Shown piece after piece: positions 19,615-26,857 of a DNA stretch of 32,000 nt. The notes beneath the pieces were generated by a model. The model was given only the letters and a program-made list of their open reading frames with translations, was not told the origin of the DNA and did not search any database. The stretch is taken from positions 1,650,001 through 1,682,000 of the forward strand of contig NZ_CP065936.1 of the NCBI RefSeq assembly GCF_003367075.2. Reading direction: 5' to 3'. Numbering within the stretch: the stretch's first letter is position 1; every line of letters begins with the position of its first letter. Source of the DNA: Cylindrospermopsis raciborskii Cr2010 (GTDB lineage: Bacteria > Cyanobacteriota > Cyanobacteriia > Cyanobacteriales > Nostocaceae). A program made the position numbers and the translations under genes.

Positions 19615-19751
19615 TATGTTCCCAGTATGTCCCAACACGCTTTCCATCAGTTACTCCGTAAAGTGCGGGTTCATTATGTGTAGACTCTATTTGGGTAAAG
19701 TCTGCTGCTGCAAGAAGCAATTGTTGAATGGTTAATTGTGCTTTCATCATT

Positions 19752-19782
19752 GTTAAAAATAATCCCTGGTAACCCAGGGAGT
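19752..19782 (-). terminator. Rho-independent terminator downstream of the ArsA-like gene
   Basis: On the minus strand, tccctgg-gtta-ccaggga forms a 7-bp stem (19763-19780). It is followed by TTATTTTT and lies about 20 nt past the ArsA stop. The T-tract ends only a few nt before the endonuclease ATG. Confidence 0.55.
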
Positions 19783-19801
19783 AATAATTACTGCATACTA
19801 A

Positions 19802-20989
19802 CTAAACTCTCACATTGTTAGCAAAGCGAATTTTTAGGTAGTCACCCTCCATTTTTGCTCCCGCAGGTTGAAGAGCAGCTAAAGCTTGGGGTAAAACTAA
19901 ATTACGTCGGTGATTACCAATAGTAATATTTAATTCATCTCCACTTTTACTTAATTGGATCTGACTTTTAGGAATAGTCGGTAAATAAAGCTCCAAGCTG
20001 TATTGGTTGTTTTCTTGCACCACTCTAATGGTCGTCTCTCGATAATAAACCTGGGTGGGATCTTCACCCGGATACAAAGTATCCTTCAATCTCTCTAATG
20101 CAGCTAGACCACACATCTCCTCGGAAAATAAGGGGACTTCCTTCACTGGTAACGGGAGAAAGTTGTCATGAATTTCTCGTCGATATTGTTCTTGATTTTG
20201 TTTCCATCTTAGGAAAAATGGATCCGCAACCTCCTCCGGAATAATTCTATTGGCCACGACTAAATCTGTAGCTACATTATATAAACTCAAGTAAGCATGA
20301 GCTCGTAATGATTCTTTAATTACCATTTTTTCTGGATTAGTCACTAGTCTAACCGAGGTTTGAGTGTTATCAGTTAAAACTTTTTCTAAGGCTTCTATTT
20401 GCTCATAAAACTCATATGGTGCATCCATTACCTCCTTATCTGGTAAAGAAAATCCCGCTATGGGTTTAAAAATAGGCTCTACTAATGGTCTCAGGGCTAC
20501 TGATATGTTTTGAAAAGGTTTATAAAACCGCCTCATATACCAACCACCAACTTCTGGTAAACTTAATAGTCTTAAAGCTGTACCAGTAGGAGCAGAGTCT
20601 ATAATTAAAACATCAAATACCCCTTCATCGTAGTGACGTTTCATTCTCACCAAACCGAAAATTTCATCCATCCCCGGTAAGATTGCCAGCTCTTCTGCTT
20701 GGATCCCTTCTAAACCCCTAGCTTGTAACACCTGGGTAATATAACGTTTCACTGCTCCCCAATTACCCTCTAGTTCTTGCAAAGCATCCAGTTCCGCACC
20801 CCATAAGTTGGGACGCACTTGTTTTGCATCGTGACCTAACTCTAAATCAAAACTGTCTGCTAAGGAATGAGCTGGATCTGTACTTAAAACTAATGTTTTA
20901 TAACCTAGCTCTGCACAACGCAATCCAGTTGCAGCGGCGACGGAAGTTTTACCTACTCCACCTTTACCAGTCATTAAAATTACGCGCAT
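19802..20989 (-). CDS. ArsA/Get3-family ATPase with C-terminal HSP20-like domain
   Basis: Has the deviant Walker A motif GKGGVGKTS, plus STDPAHSL and DSAPTG motifs. The C-terminal beta-rich segment (YSLELYLP...[15 protein letters not shown]) is typical of cyanobacterial and plastid ArsA homologs. Confidence 0.9.
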   Translation of the reverse strand: MRVILMTGKGGVGKTSVAAATGLRCAELGYKTLVLSTDPAHSLADSFDLELGHDAKQVRPNLWGAELDALQELEGNWGAVKRYITQVLQARGLEGIQAEELAILPGMDEIFGLVRMKRHYDEGVFDVLIIDSAPTGTALRLLSLPEVGGWYMRRFYKPFQNISVALRPLVEPIFKPIAGFSLPDKEVMDAPYEFYEQIEALEKVLTDNTQTSVRLVTNPEKMVIKESLRAHAYLSLYNVATDLVVANRIIPEEVADPFFLRWKQNQEQYRREIHDNFLPLPVKEVPLFSEEMCGLAALERLKDTLYPGEDPTQVYYRETTIRVVQENNQYSLELYLPTIPKSQIQLSKSGDELNITIGNHRRNLVLPQALAALQPAGAKMEGDYLKIRFANNVRV

Positions 20990-21032
20990 GAATGATTCTG
21001 TCCTACCTGAATTTTGTTGACATTTATTTACA

Positions 21033-21425
21033 TTATCCTTTCTTTACGGAAAATAGGTGTTGTTTTAGTACATCTAAACGTGAACAGTGCCAATAATCTA
21101 TATGGGAACTAATCAATCCTTGATTATTAAGACCTAATTGGGTCCATCCAGAGATGGAAATTCTCGGTTTCCAGGGTAGGGATGCATTCCAGCTTAATGT
21201 CCATTCGGTCTTAATCATATTTTTGTCTTGTTCGATGTGGTGCAAATCCATCCGTAAGTTAGTGAAAAATATGTGAATAAATTTAATCATCCACTTGTAA
21301 AGTTCTAAACCACGAAATTTAAAAACTGGATCTTGAAAGTAAACATCTAGTGCATAAATGCTGTAAGTCTGCTCAAGGGGAAATCTTTGGTAATCTGCTT
21401 TTAGGGTTTCGATAATATTCGTCAT
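21033..21425 (-). CDS. Small conserved protein, DUF2358/NTF2-like (name from memory)
   Basis: A 130-aa soluble protein. The pattern (Y..DV.F.DP...F.G...Y) resembles the cyanobacterial/plant DUF2358 family. No catalytic motif was recognised. Confidence 0.55.
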   Translation of the reverse strand: MTNIIETLKADYQRFPLEQTYSIYALDVYFQDPVFKFRGLELYKWMIKFIHIFFTNLRMDLHHIEQDKNMIKTEWTLSWNASLPWKPRISISGWTQLGLNNQGLISSHIDYWHCSRLDVLKQHLFSVKKG

Positions 21426-21451
21426 ACAAATAAAAGTAATAGGTGACCTAA

Positions 21452-22354
21452 CTACAAACTCAAATCCGCTTGGGTAATTTCTACATAAATATGTTCTAAA
21501 CGCAGGGATTGGCGGGAAATAGAGTCAATCTCTATACCATCAAATTTAGTCAATAATTCTTTTAGTTCTATTGGTTCTGGTAGTAAAAAGGCTAAATCAC
21601 TCCCATACCGTCGAACAATAAAACCATTTTCCCGACCTACTGATATAGCTGTACTTTCTTCTTTGGTTTGCACCAAAACAATTTCCTTCCCCGGAACCCG
21701 GGTTTTTAATTCTGCTAAACTTCCCTCAGCTAATATCTGACCATTTTTTAAAACTCCAATCCGACTACAAAGTCTTTCAGCTTCATCTAGTAGGTGAGTG
21801 GTTAGCAGTATGGTCATACCTTGATTTTTTAAATTGCGAATTAATTCCCAAATTTCATATCTAGCTTCAATATCTAGTCCTGTGGTTGGTTCATCAAGAA
21901 TCAATAATTGAGGTTGATGTACTAAAGCCACAGCAATGTTTAAACGCCTTTGCATACCTCCACTGAGAGTTTCTACAGGACTATCTGCTCTATCTAACAA
22001 GTTTACGGATTTTAAGGTAGTCACTACTTGTTTTTGTTTGGTTTTGGAGTCTAAACCATAAATCTCAGCAAAAAATCTCAGATTTTCCGCACAGGAGAGG
22101 GTTTTATATAGAATATTTTCCTGGGGAGCAATACCAATGAGTTTTTTTGTAGAACCAGAAATTGGCTGATGATTTACTGTGACATGACCACTATCTGCTT
22201 TAAGAAGATTACAAATAATATTAATAGTAGTTGTTTTACCTGCTCCGTTAGCACCCAGTAAACCATAAACTTCTCCCGGTTGGATGGCAAATGTTAAATT
22301 TTGTAGAACTTTGCGGTTTTTGTAGGACTTGTTTAAATTTTTAATTTTAAGCAT
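21452..22354 (-). CDS. ABC transporter ATP-binding protein (ABC-2/DrrA-like)
   Basis: Has Walker A GANGAGKTT, signature LSGGMQRR and Walker B LLILDEPT, plus a C-terminal accessory domain. Confidence 0.9.
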   Translation of the reverse strand: MLKIKNLNKSYKNRKVLQNLTFAIQPGEVYGLLGANGAGKTTTINIICNLLKADSGHVTVNHQPISGSTKKLIGIAPQENILYKTLSCAENLRFFAEIYGLDSKTKQKQVVTTLKSVNLLDRADSPVETLSGGMQRRLNIAVALVHQPQLLILDEPTTGLDIEARYEIWELIRNLKNQGMTILLTTHLLDEAERLCSRIGVLKNGQILAEGSLAELKTRVPGKEIVLVQTKEESTAISVGRENGFIVRRYGSDLAFLLPEPIELKELLTKFDGIEIDSISRQSLRLEHIYVEITQADLSL

Positions 22355-22478
22355 CTTGGTAATTGATATTTTTCAGGAATGGGAGCTGGAATTGGATCAT
22401 ACTCCCCACTTTTGGCTTTAATTCACCAAAGTCAACTCTTTCTATAGAAATAGGATATTTATTTGTGACTATACTGGT

Positions 22479-23252
22479 TTAAAGTCTTTTTTCTACCATC
22501 AACATCCGTTTATAAGATATCCAACCACAAACGAGAGTAAGTGTAGCAAAAAATAACAAAAAGCGCAAGTGTAAGCTCACATCGCTAAATTTTTCTCCAT
22601 TAGCGGAAACACCTAAAAGAGCTTCATTCATGTGGTAAATAGGATTATACTTAGCAATATCTAATAGAGTTTTAGGAAATAGGGAACTTGGAAAAAATGT
22701 CCCCCCCAAAATTAACAGGGGTACGCCAAAAGTAGCTACCAAAGCATTAACGTCTTCCGTACGACGAGCTAGTTGTGTCCCGAGGACAAATCCCAGACCC
22801 ACGTATGCAATAATGCTCAAGAAAATAATGACTATTCCTAATAATATTGAACCTTGAAAGGTTGCACCCCAGAACCCAGCAACTATATATACTAGCAGAG
22901 TTTGTCCAATTCCTATACAGCTATGGGCTAAAAAAATTCCCAGAAAATAAGATGTGCCACTTAAAGGTGAAATAAATAATCGTTTTAGAGTTTGTTGTTC
23001 TCTCTCCGCAACAACTGTTGCAACAGTTCCACCCAAACAACTAAAAAATAGTGCCGCACCCACTAAACTCGAAGGTGCAGCTTTTTCTAAGGCTACCTCC
23101 ATGGCTAGTTCTCCCCGTTCTGACAAAACAAAGCCATTAAGTATCAAAATAGAAACTGGGAAAATAGTCCAAAAAATTAGACTTCGTCTGCGTCGTAGTA
23201 GTTCCGTTAAGATACGCTGAGCTATAGCCAGGGTTTCACGCCAATATTTCAT
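22479..23252 (-). CDS. ABC-2 type transporter permease
   Basis: A 257-aa protein with six predicted transmembrane segments. It lies directly upstream of the ABC ATPase on the same strand. Confidence 0.85.
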   Translation of the reverse strand: MKYWRETLAIAQRILTELLRRRRSLIFWTIFPVSILILNGFVLSERGELAMEVALEKAAPSSLVGAALFFSCLGGTVATVVAEREQQTLKRLFISPLSGTSYFLGIFLAHSCIGIGQTLLVYIVAGFWGATFQGSILLGIVIIFLSIIAYVGLGFVLGTQLARRTEDVNALVATFGVPLLILGGTFFPSSLFPKTLLDIAKYNPIYHMNEALLGVSANGEKFSDVSLHLRFLLFFATLTLVCGWISYKRMLMVEKRL

Positions 23253-23332
23253 ATTAATTAGTCTCTTGCCAAATTACCCGAGGTCTATGCTACCATGTCA
23301 CCCACAATTTTCCAAAACCTTCTACAATTCCA

Positions 23333-23938
23333 CTAATCAGTAATTGCATTCATTAAAACTTCTGTTAAACTCATCTCTTCCAAGTCATCTAAAGTCACAG
23401 TATCGCAAATATCAAATTTAGCTCCTACACTTTGTAACTGGTCATCGAGAGCTTTGAGAAATTTTGTAGCTTGCGCATCTGTACCTACTTGAATTAGAGA
23501 AATTGCTAATTCCTCATCTTTATCTATTTTGCGAGAGGCGTTAATAACTACTTCAAAAACCGCTTTCCGATCATCCGGTTCGCCATCAGTAATCACTAGA
23601 ATGGTTTCACCATTTGGTTTGGCTTGACCAGATGCTTTACGTTGAAAATATTGATTAGTAGCATCTAAAAGCACTCCAGCTAAATTGGTTGTACCAACAG
23701 GATCATTTTCTTGAAATATCTGGGCAACCTTTGCTGCTGTCACATTTTCGTATCGTTTAAATCTACCGGAAAATACATAAACAGTAATACCATCTGGGTC
23801 AAATTGCTCACACTTTCTGGCTAGGGCTATGGTAGATTCTTGAGCTATTTCCCATCTGGTTTTTCCACCCCGTTGATCCGGAGTTGACATGCTCCCACTT
23901 TTATCAATGATTAGTGTATAGTCGCGATCGCTCATCAT
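23333..23938 (-). CDS. Stand-alone von Willebrand factor A (vWA) domain protein, TerY-like
   Basis: MIDAS motif residues are present: DKSGSM (aa 12-17), a T in GTTN and TDGEPDD. The 201-aa protein is a single domain with no signal peptide or transmembrane segment. Confidence 0.85.
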   Translation of the reverse strand: MMSDRDYTLIIDKSGSMSTPDQRGGKTRWEIAQESTIALARKCEQFDPDGITVYVFSGRFKRYENVTAAKVAQIFQENDPVGTTNLAGVLLDATNQYFQRKASGQAKPNGETILVITDGEPDDRKAVFEVVINASRKIDKDEELAISLIQVGTDAQATKFLKALDDQLQSVGAKFDICDTVTLDDLEEMSLTEVLMNAITD

Positions 23939-24074
23939 ATTTCACTCTAAATATTAGTTTACTCTTATTTTATCTTTTACCTGGCATTTTTGCGCAAGGT
24001 GAGGGGATCCTAATTCCCAGTTAGAAAAATGGGATAAATTTAAACCACAGTAGTACCTTAACTTATTGCCAATT

Positions 24075-25616
24075 ATGCCTAAACAATTCAACACTGCTGG
24101 CCCTTGCAAAGCTAATATCCACTATATGCTCTCTCCCACAGGACGACTACCTCAGTTGAAAACATTAATTGATGGAGAAAATTACTTTATCATTCATGCA
24201 CCGCGACAAGTAGGCAAAACCACTGCTATGATAGCTTTAGCTCAAGAATTAACTGATAGTGGGGAGTATACAGCAGTGATGCTCTCCGTGGAAGTGGGGT
24301 CGGTTTTTCCTGATGAACCAGAACGTGCTGAAAGGGCTATTTTGGGTTCTTGGCAAGATGGGATTGATATTTGGCTTCCGGAAGACCTCCATCCCCCTTT
24401 TGACCCAGAGCGCAGGGAGACTATTGGTGCTTTCCTGAAAAGTTGGGCAAAAAGCTCTCCTCGTCCCCTAGTAGTCTTCATTGACGAAATTGACTCATTA
24501 CAAAATCAAACCTTGATTTCAGTATTGCGACAGTTACGGGATGGTTTTCCCCGTCGTCCCCAGGGTTTCCCCCATTCGGTGGGCTTAATTGGCATGCGGG
24601 ATGTGCGGGACTATAAGGTTAAATCCGGTGGAAGTGAACGATTCAATACGTCTAGTCCGTTTAATATCAAGGCTGAATCCCTAACTTTAAGTAATTTTAC
24701 TTTTACAGATGTCCAAAATCTATATGAACAACATACAACAGCTACGGGACAGGTGTTTACCCTGGGAGCAGTTCAACAGGCATATTATTTAACCGATGGA
24801 CAACCATGGTTAGTCAACGCCCTAGCTCGTCAAGCTACCCAGGTGTTAGTCCAGGATGTGAATGAACCCATTACTGCTGAGGTGATTAACCAAGCCAAAG
24901 AAATTCTCATCCAGCGTCAGGATACCCATTTAGATAGTTTAGCAGAAAGATTACGGGAAGAGCGGGTCAAAGCTATTATTGAACCAATTTTAGCAGGTGA
25001 GGACTTACCCGACGTACCACCGGATGATATTCGTTACGTGCTGGATTTAGGTCTGTGTCGAGATCAAGGACAAGGACTGGAAATTGCCAATCCAATTTAT
25101 AAAGAAGTTCTACCTTTAGTACTAAGTTATACAACTAGGGTTTCTATTGGAGCAATTGAACCTCTGTGGCTAAATGAACAAGGGGAACTATTACCTGATA
25201 AATTATTACATGCTTTTCTGGAATTTTGGCGACAACACGGGGAACCATTACTCAGAAGTGCGCCCTACCATGAGATTGCTCCCCATTTGGTATTAATGGC
25301 ATTTTTACACCGGGTGGTAAATGGTGGTGGTACGTTAGAACGGGAATATGCCATTGGTTCTGGGAGAATGGATATTTGTTTACGATATGGCAAGGTGGTG
25401 ATGGGTATGGAACTCAAGGTGTGGCGTGAAAGAAAGTCAGATCCGTTAATCAAGGGTTTGACCCAACTGGATAAATATCTGGATGGGTTAGGATTAGATA
25501 CAGGTTGGTTAGTGATTTTCGATCGCCGTCCTGGTTTACCACCCATGGGGGAGAGGATTAGTACGGAGGAGGTTCTTAGTCCCACTGGGCGCACTATTAC
25601 CCTAATTCGCAGTTAG
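24075..25616 (+). CDS. P-loop (AAA/ORC-like) ATPase with C-terminal PD-(D/E)XK nuclease-like domain
   Basis: Has the N-terminal FNTAGPC motif, Walker A APRQVGKTT and Walker B VVFIDEIDS. The C-terminal GSGRMDICLRY...VMGMELKVW matches the PD-(D/E)XK D...ExK pattern. The track ORF starts at a TTG (24066). The ATG at 24075 is more likely. Confidence 0.75.
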   Translation: MPKQFNTAGPCKANIHYMLSPTGRLPQLKTLIDGENYFIIHAPRQVGKTTAMIALAQELTDSGEYTAVMLSVEVGSVFPDEPERAERAILGSWQDGIDIWLPEDLHPPFDPERRETIGAFLKSWAKSSPRPLVVFIDEIDSLQNQTLISVLRQLRDGFPRRPQGFPHSVGLIGMRDVRDYKVKSGGSERFNTSSPFNIKAESLTLSNFTFTDVQNLYEQHTTATGQVFTLGAVQQAYYLTDGQPWLVNALARQATQVLVQDVNEPITAEVINQAKEILIQRQDTHLDSLAERLREERVKAIIEPILAGEDLPDVPPDDIRYVLDLGLCRDQGQGLEIANPIYKEVLPLVLSYTTRVSIGAIEPLWLNEQGELLPDKLLHAFLEFWRQHGEPLLRSAPYHEIAPHLVLMAFLHRVVNGGGTLEREYAIGSGRMDICLRYGKVVMGMELKVWRERKSDPLIKGLTQLDKYLDGLGLDTGWLVIFDRRPGLPPMGERISTEEVLSPTGRTITLIRS

Positions 25617-25713
25617 AAAAGTGCCAAACCCTCAGTAATCCCGAACTGGGGAGATTGGACACTTCCAAATCAATAGCAATGTTTATTTATCTAATTTAGT
25701 TATTAACTAATCC

Positions 25714-26301
25714 ATGTTTGCTGCTTCCCATCAATTATTATGGTCTATGATTGGCTTGCTGTTGACCATTGGCGGCACCTTTTTAGAAGCATACGGTACC
25801 AGCTTACCCTGGAGCTGGAGTCAACAGGGAATTAAAACCTTCCCTCTAGGTACTAGCTATCAAATTGCTGCTGTACTGTTTGTTGGTTGTTTAGGGGGTA
25901 AAAGTGCTGGTGCCCTTTCCCAAATTGCTTATTTAGTGATGGGCTTGACCTTATTACCGGTATTTACTCAAGGAGGAGGCATAGCATATCTTAAGCTTTC
26001 CCAATTTGGTTACTTACTGGGGTTTATTCCAGGAGCATGGATTTGTGGACATTTTGCCTTTAAAGCCAGACCCCGATTAGAAAGCTTAGGTTTTAGTTGT
26101 CTGTGCGGATTGTTAACTATTCACATTTGCGGTATTTGTTATTTGGTAACCAGTTATCTTTTCTCCTGGGGGGACAATCAAAATTTGTCCTTAATGGAGG
26201 GTATTCTTAAATATTCCTGGTTTTCCCTCCCTGGACAATTGGCCGTGCTTTGTGCTGTTACTGTCATAGCTTACCTCCTACGACACATTATGTTTTATTA
26301 A
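25714..26301 (+). CDS. bioY: Biotin transporter BioY
   Basis: A 195-aa membrane protein with a BioY-like core (LPVFTQGGGIAYL...FGYLLGFIPGAWICG). Confidence 0.8.
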   Translation: MFAASHQLLWSMIGLLLTIGGTFLEAYGTSLPWSWSQQGIKTFPLGTSYQIAAVLFVGCLGGKSAGALSQIAYLVMGLTLLPVFTQGGGIAYLKLSQFGYLLGFIPGAWICGHFAFKARPRLESLGFSCLCGLLTIHICGICYLVTSYLFSWGDNQNLSLMEGILKYSWFSLPGQLAVLCAVTVIAYLLRHIMFY

Positions 26302-26350
26302 TGTCTCATTAGTAATTTTTGCGTCTCACATAATTAATGCTAGAATTGTC

Positions 26351-26803
26351 ATGGGTTTAAAAAATCGCCTGTTTTGGATTGCTGCTGTAATAGCTTTTGC
26401 TCTGGACCAACTGACAAAGTTGTCCGTGGTTAAAAGCTTTGATTTACACCAAACCTTGCCCTTACTACCAGGAGTCTTTCATCTGACATACGTAACTAAC
26501 ACAGGTGCAGCTTTTAGTCTTTTTAGTGGTAAGGTTGAGTGGTTACGTTGGTTATCCCTAGTCGTAAGTTTACTTTTAGTGGCGATCGCTCTTTGGGGGC
26601 CATTATTAAGTGTATGGGAACAATTGGGTTATGGTTTAATTTTAGGGGGAGCTATAGGTAATGGTATTGATAGATTCATATTGGGCTATGTGGTAGATTT
26701 TCTGGACTTTCGTATATTCAACTTCCCGGTCTTCAATTTAGCAGACTCATTTATTAGTATAGGTATTGTTTGTCTACTAATTGGTTCCCAGAAAAAAGCC
26801 TAA
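26351..26803 (+). CDS. lspA: Lipoprotein signal peptidase (signal peptidase II)
   Basis: Carries the conserved NTGAAFS and FNLADS motifs. It has four transmembrane segments and is 150 aa long. Confidence 0.9.
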   Translation: MGLKNRLFWIAAVIAFALDQLTKLSVVKSFDLHQTLPLLPGVFHLTYVTNTGAAFSLFSGKVEWLRWLSLVVSLLLVAIALWGPLLSVWEQLGYGLILGGAIGNGIDRFILGYVVDFLDFRIFNFPVFNLADSFISIGIVCLLIGSQKKA

Positions 26804-26857
26804 GCAGAAAACTCCTAATTAATTTTGATATAAATTAACTTTACCCAATCCTAGACC

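Larger units (their letters stand above)
18330..19750 (-). pseudogene. Type II restriction endonuclease gene split by IS1-family insertion
   Basis: The 5' fragment (19750..19615) encodes MMKAQLTIQQLLLAAADFTQIESTHNEPALYGVTDGKRVGTYWEH. The 3' fragment is the 171-aa ORF 18330..18845, which has a PD-(D/E)XK-like motif (GIDIPDLEVDIK). Removing the IS and one TSD copy joins them in frame (...YWEHKFMDYLSEN...) into a 218-aa ORF that ends 7 nt upstream of the methyltransferase start. Confidence 0.8.

Noticed and set aside
23333-23938. TerY-P triad (vWA + PP2C phosphatase + Ser/Thr kinase) or MoxR-vWA system
   Set aside because: No kinase, PP2C phosphatase or MoxR-type AAA+ gene is present anywhere in the window. 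Only the vWA component exists.
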